Below, in pieces: positions 32,986-46,500 of a DNA stretch of 64,000 bases. Both the position numbers and the translations under genes were made by a program. Each line of letters begins with the position of its first letter. The first letter of the stretch is position 1. The stretch lies in NCBI GenBank assembly GCA_052327205.1, contig CM126214.1, positions 176,328,001 to 176,392,000 on the forward strand, written 5' to 3'. The notes below the pieces were generated by a model. That model searched no databases. It was given only the letters and a program-made list of their open reading frames with translations, and was not told where the DNA came from. This DNA comes from Somniosus microcephalus. Taxonomy: Eukaryota.

Positions 32986-33703
32986 CTGAAATGCAAAAAA
33001 AAAAGTAAAATTAGATGTATGATATGGGTGCAGAGTTAAATGTTTTCTTCAGCTATGCATATAGCTGAAAATCAATTATCAGTCAACAGAGCAAAACTTG
33101 CCCCATATTTTCAACTCTTCACGAAAGGACTGTGGTCTGCCTTTACATCTAGTTTGTCCCATTTCACAGATGAAAAACCAAGCAGCATAAAATGTAGTGC
33201 CCCCCCCACCCCCTGTAGCTATGCCATTAAAGCACAAGATGGCAAAATGTCTGATCAATGTTTATGCTGACTTAAACATAACCAAGCAAAAAAGTAAATC
33301 ACTTCTCACCCTCTCCACCCCAAATCAGTTTAGGTGAAAAGTAGGCCACAAAAACAACTTTTAGATCATTGTAAAGCAGCAAACAAAAATATACAGAAGG
33401 AAAGCAGAGATCTAAAGATTGGGGAACAAGCAAAGATATTTATTTTGCTAAACCATTAAACAAAAGGCCTCTAGCTCAATTCTTGCACTTGGAGTTTTAA
33501 AGTGAGGCTATATGCTTTCTTCACAAATCCAGAAGTTTGAATTCTAATTCTACCTACAATATAGTTCAGCTACTGGGACATTCCAGCAGAATCCTATGCA
33601 CCCACAGAATATCAACAGCACAGCAAGAGCTGCTGTAAGGTAGGGATACAAATTAACTGTTGGGAATTGTAAGGAACCCTTGTTGTAAATAACCCTGAAT
33701 ACT

Positions 33704-34137
33704 TTAGCACACTTACCTCGGAGCCAGAAGGTTGTGGGTTCAAGTCCCACTTGAGCACAAATCTAGGCTGACACTCCAGTGTCGTGCGGAGGGAGTGCTG
33801 CACTGTTGGAGGTGCCGTCTTTCAGACGAGATGTTAAACCAAAGTCCCGTCTGGTCTCTCGGGTGGACGTGAAAGATTTCATGGCACTATTTCGAAGAGG
33901 AGCAGGGGAGTTATCCCTGGTGTCCTGGCCAATATTTATATCGCAATCAACATCAAAACAGATTATCTGGTCATTATCACATTGCTGTTTGTGGGAGCTT
34001 GCGGTGTGCAAATTGGCTGCCATGTTTCTCACATTACTACAGTGACTCCACTTCAAAAGTAGTTCATTGGCTGTAAAGCACTTTGAGATGTCCAGTGGTT
34101 GTGAAAGGTGCTATAGAAATGAAAGTCTTTTTTTCCA
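33704..34137 (+). mobile_element. Deu-domain SINE, near full length
   Basis: Colinear with the copy at 18462-18895. Confidence 0.85.
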
Positions 34138-35129
34138 AATGCTAAATGTAAAACATTTCTACAGTACTTTTGTTTGACAGAATACTCAGCCCATCAGGAT
34201 TTCAAAAGTTTATAACCAATGTGAGTTTTAATGGCAAGAATTTTGAATCAGGGCAAGAAATTTTGAAGCAAGGACAACAGACCATGGATTTGATTTTTGG
34301 CTTGCTGGTTGTTTTTAAACAGCTCTGCTTTCTTTGTTTACCCCCACCATCAATAAACAGATTAGGGAAAGCCACACAAGAAATCTGGGCTCCAAGGCAA
34401 CAGCCGTTTCAGGAGAATGTCCACATTTCAGCAGTATTTAAGCAGCCACAAAGACCCAGTTCAGTGAAAGTAGCCTCTGGTATCCCAATCTGCCAAACGC
34501 TATGGCAGATAGATTATGCCTGCCTGCCATCACTGGATGGATACTGGAGTTACTAAAATGCATGTAATTTGGGCATTAGAAATTGGCCAATGGCAGCCAC
34601 CTCAAGTGAAGGGTAGTCAGTCATGATGTAACATTGTTTCTTCCCACCACCTCAAGGCATTCTTACATTTCTGAAATTAGAGCAGTCCTAGCCAAGAAAA
34701 CAAAGCCGTTCTTGTCATTCCACTTTTTCCTTTATTCTGGACATCAGAAATTTTTAAAGTTCAAAATTGTCCTAGGTCAGGCACTGCACCAGAATTTGGT
34801 TGCTGTCTTACTTCAAGGGTGCAAGTTCCACAAAGCAAATTGGAGCCACAGTTTAAGATTTGGGTGAGTTTTATACTCCAGCTGACAAATACTGTAGAAA
34901 TGTTTTACATTTAGCATTGAATATAAAATATTCAGGGTTAGTTATAAGGGTTCTTTACAATTCCCAACAGTTCATTTGTATCTCCACCTTATAGCAGCTC
35001 TTGCTATTCCATTTTCTACAGCACCATTCTGTGGCTCCAAATTACAGGTAGTATTAGTTTGTGAATTCATACTTCATTCCTAAACTCATTTCACTTGGGA
35101 CCCTTACAGCCAGACATAGGAGACTTTCA

Positions 35130-35330
35130 CAATAGCAAAATACTGCAGATGCTGGAAAACAAACAGAAAATTCTGGAAACACTCAGCAGGTCAGGCAGCA
35201 TCGGAGAGAGAGAGAAAAACCAGAGTCAACGTTTTGGGTCAAACCCTTAATCAGTTCTGACTAAGGGTTCGACCAGAAACGTTGACTGTTTCTCTCTCCT
35301 CAATGCTGCCCGTTTCCAGCATTTTCTATT
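35130..35330. mobile_element. Palindromic Penelope-derived mini-element
   Basis: Two inverted Penelope 3' tails joined at cccttaatcag-ttctgactaaggg; 14-bp TSD ataggagactttca at 35116 and 35331. Confidence 0.75.
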
Positions 35331-37372
35331 ATAGGAGACTTTCATCCTTGGCTAGGCTCAAACCCAGGTCTTGGGATGGAACAGTACAAAAAGCCCCATA
35401 ACATTTAAGTGTTTGAATGGTAGACCAATGCTGCTAAAGCACCACCTTCTCAATATTTCAAAAGCATCTTGGAATTTGCATCAAAACGCAAACTGTACAC
35501 AAAAAAACAAATCCTTGAATGAACCAGATTAAGGACAATACTAAAAACTGACAAACCCACACAAGTCTAATTACAATCTCCATGCATTCTTTTTAGGGGC
35601 CATTTTTCAAACTACTAAAAAGTAACCCAAATACAACCAACAAAAACGCCAGTTAGTGTCTCAACCTACCCGTGCGCTTTGGGCCAATAAAGAGCCAACG
35701 TGCAACACATAATTAGCACCCCTAAATTTCCAATTGCAGACAGACAATCTATCCATATGGAAGGCATCATTAAGCTCTTTACAGTACAGAAATACACAAA
35801 ACTCTAAACATAAGCTAGGTTAACTGCTCAGCATCTGGTCAGCAGCAACATTGTGGATGACCCAAACAGACCTTCCACCATATTTCAGTTAGTGAGGAAG
35901 TATCAAGTACAGTAATAACAAGGTACTAACCTAGCATACAAACAAGTCTTCTGCACCATTGAGTTCGTAGTCCCAATAATTCTAATGAGACAAAGACTGC
36001 GACAGAGACCAAATCAGCCAACACATACATTAACCCCTTCAAACAGATTATTTTACTCATTGAGATTTAAGTACTTCTAGACATCACTCAAATCAGAAAT
36101 TTAATGAGGAATCCTAAACAATGCTCATGGATCAGACCAACTTTCCAGGAGGGGTGCCTCAATCAAAAAAAAAATCTTTCCGGGTCTCAAAAATACCTGA
36201 ATGGCTCAACCTTGGCTCCAAGGAGCAATATAGTGTCTATTTTTCACAGCAATTAGTGAACAATCTCTGCAGGTCTTGCTGGTTTACAAAAAGGGAGCTA
36301 AAAAAAAAAAAAAATCAATATTCAAACTCATTCTACCGTATGATGTTTTAGTTCAGAGAACAATATGCACTCATCCATCAGGCTAATCATTCAATGGGTT
36401 GATCTAACCAAATGCAGTGGTGTGTGTTTTAGGTCTGTCAGTTTAACAGAACTGAAGGGACTGTGCATTGCACGGAAAATACATTACATCCTGAAACTAC
36501 TATCCACTGCAATATTCAATTTAAAATAAAATTCACAAGTGATGCAATGCACTGCAGCATGCTGACAATGACCATCAACATGCAGTAAAACCTGGCAATG
36601 TATTTGATAGCTTTTGTTGAATTGGGCTGCTTATTGCTCAAGTTACCCAAATGGCACATTTAAAATTAACAGCTACTGTACAAATTATTTGTTCAACACA
36701 AGTATGTCAAGTACACTGGCAGAAAAAAAATTAGTTTGAAAACTTAAGATGCTCACATTAAAATAGAATAAAAGCTTTCTGCACATCATTCATAGCCTTT
36801 CCTCAAGCCCCAATGCAAGCTATCTAGTATAAACTCATGATTTCAATTGAGAACATGTTAATTAACATCTTGGAAGATGGTTTCAGATATTAAAAGGGGT
36901 TACACATCTTTTGGCAGCTGAACCTGTCTTTTTCTCCCCCTTCAGCACAAGTATGGAACTACACTAGAGCAAGAAAGAGTTTCATAGCATCTCCCCATCC
37001 TTTTATTTCTCCAAAATAAGTGGTCATATTGATTTACAAAAGTCATCTATGCACTTCAGGAAGCGAAAAAGTTAAAGATTCAGTATGCAATAATCACTGT
37101 TCTTGCTGGAGTGTCTCAATTTACATCTGGTCTTGTTTGTTTAGGGTGCCCAATGCCTATACTCAAAAAATTAGTACATAATACATGAAAACAAGTTTGA
37201 TTGCACTTGTGGCAAATAGCTTTAAGTCTGCCAACATTACCAATTAAAAAAATAGGTAATGTCAGGCTTTATTAATTGGACAAATTTTTATACACCAAGT
37301 TTAGCCCAAGAAGTCTCCTTTATACCTGAAGCAACAGAAGCACTCAAAACTTTTTCCTACTGCTATACCTTA

Positions 37373-37538
37373 CTAAACCCTGCTACCACCACTATTTCTT
37401 GGCATTGAAGAGGTTCTTCTCCCTCCTCCACGGCCCCTTCCACCACGGAAGCCTCCACGAAAACCACGTCCACGAAGAAATTTAGCGGAGATTCCAAAAG
37501 TCTCTGTATTAAGTTTTCTTTCTTCAGCCCATGTACGC
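37373..37538 (-). CDS. LSM14B: LSM14B last coding exon (TFG box, RGG repeats, TAG stop)
   Basis: tatag|G CGT...GTT TAG; [54 protein letters not shown]. Confidence 0.93.
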
Positions 37539-40500
37539 CTATAACAAGTTGGGTGGACATAAAGCAGTGGATGAAGTTGGTGAAGCTACAAGATTTAAAT
37601 GCAGTTGTGAAAACAAAGCCATCAAATGAACTGTAAAGAATAAGCAACCTATTCAAATCAAGTCTGATGTTTTTGGCATTGAGTAAAGCACAAGTCTGAG
37701 CAGCTGCAATAGCACTCCATAGCTCAATGAGCAAGGTTCCCCAGTCTGCACCAATTTAACTGATCTTAGACAACCCAACAGAGGGAAATCTAGAATCAGA
37801 CTATGTACTTGGCTAAAAAGTAAAAACCCAGAGCTCCTGCAGACAGGTTTGGGAGCACATCAACACTCTGTCCAAGTTCAAACTTAAATGTTGAATAGTA
37901 TGCCGTACTGGAGAGCAGTCACCATGCAATGTGTACTCCCGCCAAGAGTAACCTTGTTAGACAATTATGGGGAAGAAATAACAGAACTGGGAGAATAAGA
38001 GGCTACCAGCAGCTATATGCCAAGTACATTCTCCACACTTTCTGGTGAACATCCTTATGACCACTAAACATCTCTACATTATTAACTTTTGCCTTGCCTA
38101 TTAGTGGAGTGTTATTTTATAGGACTATTATAAAATCAAAGCCACAGCATATTAAGTATATGCAGGATAGAGTCTGTATTTTAACTGAATGGTACATAAG
38201 AGTATTTGGATCAGATGTTTTCCATTTATGGATTTAGATAGCCAATTTCTAATCCTGAATGATTGACTTGACCTATGAATTTTATGGACGCTCCAACTAT
38301 TCCTTCAATCTCAAAAGCAGTTCATTTGATTTTCTTGAAGTAAAAAAATAAAGCCAGCTTGCTTCCCAATTTAATGGGCGACTTAAGTCACCCAATGTAA
38401 TATATTATGTCCAGTTTCTATAAACACCAATGCTGCACCTCTTTACAGCCATAAGCAATGCACAAGCAAGCCCAGGACAAACACACTCTTCTCACATCCC
38501 CCCCACAACCAACTTCCTCCACCCAAAGACTGCCTCAGCACTACACCTCAAGCCAAACTAAAACTGATCCAGCCTAGGCCACTTTAAAACCAAATTACAA
38601 TTCTCACTGCATTCCCCAGCCTGCACTCCCATCTTATAGAATAGTACAGCACAGGAGGCCATTCAGCTCATCAAGTGTGTGCTGGCTCTTTCGAAGAGCA
38701 ATCCAGTTAGTCCCATTCCCTGCTCTTTCCCCATATCCTTGCAATTTTTTCCTCCAAGTATTTATCCAATTCCCTTTTGAAGGCTACTATTGAATCTGTA
38801 TTCACCTCCCTATCAGGCAGTGCATTCCAAATCCTAACCACCTGTTGCATAAAATGGTTTTACCTCACGTTGCCTCTGGTTCTTTTGCCAACCACCTTAC
38901 ATCTGTGCCCTCTGGTCATCCACCATTGGAAACAGTTTCTCTATTTAAATCTTTCATGATTTTAAACACTTATCAAATTTCCTCTTAGCCTTCTCTGCTC
39001 CAAGGAGAACAACCCCAGCTTTTCTAGTCTACAACTGTCTTCCCTCATCCCTGAAAATCTGCTAACATTAGTGCCATCACATCCATGAGGATGACTCAGA
39101 TGGAGGAATGTGAAGGTTGTCCTTTGTCAGTCTTCAGTTTGCTTAATTAATTGACTTATTAACTAGAAGGGAGGAAAACATGAAAAGGTACTTGACTGCA
39201 AATTTAGGAGTTTCAAATATTTAGAACAAAATAATGTTCACCACCCTTTAAAATGAAATACAAACTCCACAACAACTCAAATTTTAAACATTTAAGATGG
39301 CAAGTTGCAAAACTAATTTTTTTTTTATATAAAAGCACTTGTGTGACAACTCAAGTAGGGGGAAGAGAATGGACTGATCAGGTGTATATAGAACTGTACC
39401 CAAGGCAACCATCATAATTAAATCCAATTTATTACATGGAATATATATTAACTACACAATCTTTACCTTGTCTTTGGCTCAGTAGAAATATTATCAAAGA
39501 ATGATTTTGTTTTATCATAGTAACAGTTGGGTCCAAGAGGTGGTTCTTCTTTATTTCCTTCACTACTTGGTGTCTCAACATTTGAATCGCCTTTTTCTTC
39601 TTGATCACCAAGATCTCCTTTATGCACTGTGTCATCTAAAAGTTATGAAGTACTCAGTTAGATGCTATGAACCTCACAATTGTACACTAACAGGAGGTGT
39701 CCAAAAGGTCCCCTTTGGACCACATGCAGCCCCATTCCCTGGCATTGAAGCCCAGGCAACTTATGCCAGTTTATACTACAATCGGTTTACTGGTTTGTTT
39801 GAATAGTGTGGGCTTAGAGGTTTGTAAAAGTACTTTAGTGCTGTTGAGTCAATGGTGGATAATTCTAAAATCAGAACCTTGTGGACTGACAATTCCTAAA
39901 ATCAAACACCTAAATATTGCCAACTTGAGATATTTTTTAATGAATGGAAATATGGATTTAAACTGGTCTCCTGTCCCTGTTTCTCACCCCCAGCCTCTGG
40001 GTACATGGCATGCACCTATGTAGCCCAGAGACAAAAACCTTGGGTAGTTTGAAATCTCTGCAATATTAGAACCTGTGTGATGACAGGCAACTTCTGCAGT
40101 GACTGATGTTCATTGCACTAGTTGAGCATGAAAGCAAGAACATTTTAATGCTTGGTAAGCATTTAAAGTACCTTTACCATATGGATTCCAGTGGTTCAAG
40201 GTGGTCCAGCACCACCTTTGAGGGCAGCCAAGGATAGACAACAAATGCCAGCCTTGCCAATATCCCAAGAATGGATATTTTAAGTCAGTTATTTTCATGG
40301 TTTGTAGTAACTTTTGTTCAAATCCCTTTTTATAAATAGTGATAAGTTACCTTTTATTTTGAGTTTGTTTTGGAACTCCTTTTCAAACTCCTCCTTGTTA
40401 AACTGAGCATTTGCACTTTCAAAATCAAAGTCCCCTTCAAATTTCATAGTGGCTTCTTTATTATTTCCAGAAAAATTTTGCCCTCTTCCACGGTTTCTGA

Positions 40501-43500
40501 CTCTTCTGTTGCCTAAAATCAAGTTACATTTTCTTGCATTAAAAAAAAAGTAGGAAATTTTTAAGTGACAGTTGAAGGAAGCAAAGCTCAGACATTCCTC
40601 AAAACAGGAAACACCAACTTTGTTATTTGACTTAGAATTATGTGAATTTAAAAGTGGACTTCAGTTAGCGATGGCTGGAACAGTTCTTCAGGGCTGGGGA
40701 GAATAACTAGGAGACATTTAAATTTCCAGGGAAGTGATCATGCTTAGTTATTGCACCACAGGGACTATTGGCTAGATCATCAGTTGTTTCAGAATCTACC
40801 ACATGTTTTTAAAATATACAAGTTTGAGACTGGGGAGAAGAAACTCTATCTTTAATGGCTGAATCATAAAAGGAAGTTTCCCTAGTAGACATTCCAATGT
40901 ATTTTATCTTGTGCATTGGCAGGTGCCAAGACTCTGATGTCAGGCACATTGATAACTTGTATGCCCTCCCTGTATTTTGTGCAAGCTCTATTAAAACCAG
41001 TCACTGGAATCTCAAACTGTACAAGAGCTGAGAATTCCCAAGAGGGCTCCAGTTCAGTTTTAAACCACTCATTTCCACGCAGTGGTGAAACATGGCTCCA
41101 TGATATCTTTACTACATATCAAACTCCGTTCATAATTTATTGAAGTGTACTTAAGATTTTGAAATACTAAATTGCAATTCAATTATACTGCTAGCTTCTT
41201 GTGTTACTGCTTCAGTGTAATTAGCCTGCTTGTAGGTGTGCTTTAGCCTGAACAGTGGCCCAACTATATATTTCCATCTTCTGAATCAACTTGCAGTCCC
41301 CAGTGCTTAAAAGCATGGTATAAAGCAGACAGTTGCTCTGTGGCAGGTTATCCTAGTCACATTATACATAAGGCTCAGTTTCTAAGAGACAAAAAGGTCC
41401 AATTATGAAAACTGCCTTTGTGCTGTGAAAAAAAGTGTAAAACATAGTTGGAGAAAGTTCAAACTTAACAGTGGTCACCATATAATGTGTGGATAAAAGC
41501 CTAATAGAAGATATGAACTCTTTGCAGTTGAGGAATTTTAAAAATGGAAACAGATTAAAGTTTCAACAGCAAAGAAAAATGCTGGATCTTGTAGATCAGG
41601 GAAGGAGGAGGGGGCAAGACTTGCACCCTTATGCATCTCAAACATCTTGCTTCACACACAATTTCATAAAGGTAGCAAGATTTATCGACATACATGGCAG
41701 TCATTATATGCACAACATCCCACAAACAGCAATGAGATACATGGTCCATTCATCTGTTGGTTGATGGAATGTTAGCCAGGCTAGAAAAACTCAGTTCTTA
41801 AAAAGGTGAGGGGGAGAGAAATGAAGAGGGGCAGGGAAGAGAAGAGGGAGAGGGGAGGAGAAGAAAAGGGAAAGTAAAGAGAAAAGATGGTCAGCCTATT
41901 TGACCTGTAACAATGGAGACAAGTCTCAAACTTGCATTTGAATCCATGCACTACAGTGCAGTGTTACATGCACACACTACTTCAGCTGCACAGACTATTT
42001 GAGCTGTCCTGGTCCTCCATTCCACATCATCCTTCATTTCATGCAGCACTTCACCAAAAAAAAGCACTCCTTCCTTTAAGGTACAGGAAACTTTCTGGTA
42101 TCCGGCACTGACGGGACCGAGCTGGTGCCGTTAGATCAAAACTGCCGTGTAAACCAGCGGCAATGTTAAAACATAGAGCTTTTCAGCTCTGTGAATCAAC
42201 AAACCCTGTTGCTTAGCAACAGCTTCAAAACAGTCAGCTGCAAGCGTCTCTAGCTGAAGCTGTTGCTTAGCTACAGACCTTGCAGAGCCTGACTGTGGGG
42301 AAAAAAAAAAAAAAAGCAACAAGTAGTAAAAGAACTTATAGAAAACGGCTCCTGAATTTTGCCGGTAAATAGAGCTTTCTGGACTTTTAACTTCTGGTTA
42401 AACGAAAGTTTCCTGTAGCAAGGACCATAAGCTTCAATAATCAGCTGCTCACCCGATTCCTCATCATGTTCTTTGACCCCCCCCCCCCCCCTCCCTCATC
42501 TCCTTCCAATTCTCAGCAAGGTCCCCCCTACATCCCCCACTAATTCAGAACTCGACATGGAGATTTCTTTGCCACCTTCACATATACTTTAGATCAGGAG
42601 GCTTCCTCCACTCAAAGCCCTGTCTCCAGTCATCAGCATCCCTAATTCACCTGGCCTCTTGCCTTCAATCATTCCATTGAGAGCTGCATCAATTTCTCCA
42701 CTCCCCTCACTAACATAAATCAACCATAAAACTCAGACAGAAAAGCTGCAGTTATTGTACAAGAGGACCTCTACCTTATGGAGACTGAATACCAATTCTA
42801 ACTCCTCCTCCCTGGACAACCTCACTATGAACATTAAACCATCATTTCACAGGCTGTTACTGAGCTCGTCTCATGAGAACTCTCCCCACCCCAAAGTTCA
42901 GTTCCCCAATCCTGCTCAGCCAGCTTCTACCTCTTCCAAGATACACAAACACCCTGGTACTGATCACTTCAGCCTGCTCCTATCCCACCAACCTAATTTC
43001 CTCTCATCTTTACTAATCCACATCCAGTCCTTACCCACCTAAATACATGACTTATACCCTCTTCCATTTAAAACAAATTTCCCAGCCCCAACCACCTCTT
43101 ATGGACAGGTAGTCCTTCTACATCTCACCATGACAGGCTGCAGGCTCTCTATTTCTTCCTTCAGCAGCAGCCCAATCAATCCCCAGCCACCACCACCCTC
43201 CTTTGCATTTGTTCTCTCCTTGAGCAACTGCTAACTCCACTCACTACCTCCAGATAAAGGGTGTTGATATGTGCACCTGTATGGGTCACAGCCAGATGTT
43301 GTTCCAGTCCTACTCAGGGCTCATCAACATAATGGAAAAAAGGGATTAAGTCACTTGTCCGGATCTACAGAATATTAACTGGACTTAAAATTTCCACCCA
43401 TTGCTTACCTTTACATGGAGAATAGCTTACTCTTCCCTTCTTGCCCCCCCCCCCCCCCCAACCCATCCTCAGGGATGGGCTTTCTACTCAAATACAAGCC

Positions 43501-46500
43501 CACTGACCCAAGAGTACTTCTTCCCACCCTGCTTCCTACGAAGACTCAGTTTTCTTTCTCCCAGTTACTCCATGTGCTCTGATGATGCCACCACCCACAC
43601 CACAGCTTCCAAAATATTATTTTCTTCTCCTCCCCTCCTTCAGCCAAGGATTCCCCTCTACTGTGGGGGACAAAACCTTTGACTGCATCCCTCCTATTGC
43701 CATTGCTTCTGCTCTCCCCACAACTGTGATACAGTTCCCCTTCCAACCATCAGCCTTCACATTTGAAGGTCATCTGCCATTTCCATAACTTCCTATATGA
43801 TTCCAGCACCAAACATCTTATCTGGGATCTGAAACACTCATCTCATGCAAGACAGCAATTTGTGTATTTACTCTAACCTATACTGTATCCACTGCATAGT
43901 ATACAGTCTCCCCTACTTTGAGGATACCAAATGCATATTCGGTGACCGCTTTGCCAAACTCCATTCTGCCTGCAAGTCCAATCAAGCTCCCTGTCATTTG
44001 CACTTCAATTCCCTGTTGCACCACCAATCTTGACTTGACTTCAGTCTTCACTATTCTAACACAAGCTTGAGGAACAGCAACTTATCTTTCCATTAGGCAC
44101 TTTGCCAGCTTTTTCCATTTCAGACCTGCCTTACACCCCCACTGCCTCAGCTATTCACACTTCATGTGTCTTGTCTTTAATTTCCTCACCATCCCATGTT
44201 AGTATCAGTTCAGCAATTTAACCATCTCGGTTTTCCATTTTAAATGTTATGCTATTTCTGCACATGTATGCTTGTGTTTTCCTGCCCCATGTTTTTTTAA
44301 ATGCCGTTTACCTGCAATTGTTTTCCAGCTCTGATGAAAGTGATGATTTGGGATTAACTTGTTCTTGCCACAGACGCTGAATGACCTGCTGAGTGTTCCA
44401 GCATTTTTGGATTCTGAATCCACACTATTTAATCCACTAATGCCATTGGCAAAGTTAGTTTGAAAATGTGTTTGAGACTACACCGGCCTCATTTAACAAT
44501 TATTGGAGTCTTAGCACCTGAAAGTATCAAGCTTATGAACTTGATTCTTTCCAACAAAAAAAGGGAGATGAACCTGTTATAATCCTTCAGCCATTACAAA
44601 ATGTTTTTGCCAACTCCTTGCGGGTTAAAGAGTCTTGAGATCATAGGATACCAAAGTCAATCAGAATTCACATTCTAAATAGAAAAAAGTTTTTTGCTCT
44701 AGTTTACTTACATTTCTAAGCAGCTGCAACATCCTCATTACTTCTGCATTTTGTAGTATAATAAATTGTATTTGTTTTATCCAGCCATCTTGACATTTTA
44801 CTGTCGTTTACTCAATTGTTTCTAGGTCAGTCTAAATGCCAGATGCAAGATAATCCTCAACCTGGTTCACTAGCACAGATAAATAAGTCATCGCCATTGA
44901 GACTAGCAGTAGGAAAAAAATGCATTCACACACATCACGAACAGTTAATTGTATAGAAATTGTAACTTTACATGAATTTCACAGGAGCAGCTTGGATTTA
45001 GAACAGTCAAATTATGTGAACCAAATCTCAAACAATTTTTAAATCAAAGTGTACCATTAGATATGAAGTTTGCACAGATGAAAACATGTATAACATCTGT
45101 ATGGTCAGGAAAAATCAAGGTTGCATTCATAAACTGAGCAGTTGAGGTTTATTATCTACTGCGTATATATTTTCTCTGAAACTTGGTATAAAAAAGTTAG
45201 TCATATGAAAAAAGCCTACAAACCTGTAGATTAACACAAGTACTTACCTGATCGCCTCCTTTGAGGTTGAGGCTTTTTATTCTCGTCGTTCACTTGAGCC
45301 TGACTTTGCTGTGCTGGAGTCGGCTGAACAACTGAAGAAAAATAGGAATGGTTTAATTCACTGTCCATTAATTCGGCAACTGGATGAAAGTCACATTGTG
45401 TAGCACTATACTAATGCCTGGCCTCAAATTAAAAAACTATCAATTGACCAGTGGCCACAGATTCAGTTGCTAGCAATCACTAATCTGCATTATATAAATG
45501 CAAGTAGTTTGTCATACATGAAAATTCAAAGTGCTTCACGTGGCCAACAGTGCAGGTCTAAAGAGCCCCTACCTTTCCTTTGCTCCTGTCCAACAGATTG
45601 CTGATTTATACTGGCAGGGATTTTGTCCTGTTGCAGGTTCTTCTGATTAAGACCCTCTGTAGGACTTGTCTGCACACCCTGTTCCACCATAGGACTGTGT
45701 CTTGGTGGCAAAAATGGAAAGCCAGCAGCTGCTAAACAGACAAAATTTAGTTCAGCAACTACAAACAGAAATTGAGCACAGTTTACAAAGTTGTTTGCAT
45801 GCACTGGAGAAGCTGACTTCATTTAATAAAGCATGAAATGGACAAAAGAAATAAAATTGCAATTATTACACAGCAGCAATAAAGCAAGAGGAGCGGTACA
45901 AAGTTCATTGGTTAGTTAACTATTATTTGGGAAAAAATGAAAATAATGCACTAAAAAGTTTGAATACAAACAAATTTCCATTATCAGCTACAAATCAGGA
46001 CCAGAATAATTTGAAAAATTTACATTAGTCTTCAGTTGAGAGTCTCCATTTACAATGTGGAGTTAGATCAGAAAACTCTCTTACTGGTCAAAGTTTTGAT
46101 GCACTGAACAAGTGAAATTTTTTTGCAATGTGTGCATGTATGAACGTGAGGCAAATTTTCCCCCATCAATATATTTTTAGTGTAAACACCCTATTATACT
46201 TAATTGTAAAATGAGCCAAATGTACTCTGGTTATCAAGACTGACTTTTTTTGGCAGAAAATCATTTACATGAAAACATTAAAGACCAACTTTAAACTAGT
46301 GCATTACTGCCAAAGGGCCCTATTCAACAACATGATCAACCATGCAGTCATTTGAACTAGATAGTTCAATGCTTTAACCCTTCATCCACAAACATGCAGC
46401 TTCGCTTCACTACAAACAGTCTTCTTAAACCCCTCTCCTCTGCCTCCAACAAGTGCAAGGAGCACATGGACTTTTGTCATCAAGATTGAGACAAGAGAAG

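Noticed and set aside
37363-37734. 123-aa minus-strand ORF
   Set aside because: Alternative frame over the last LSM14B coding exon and intron; the true frame encodes the TFG/RGG region.
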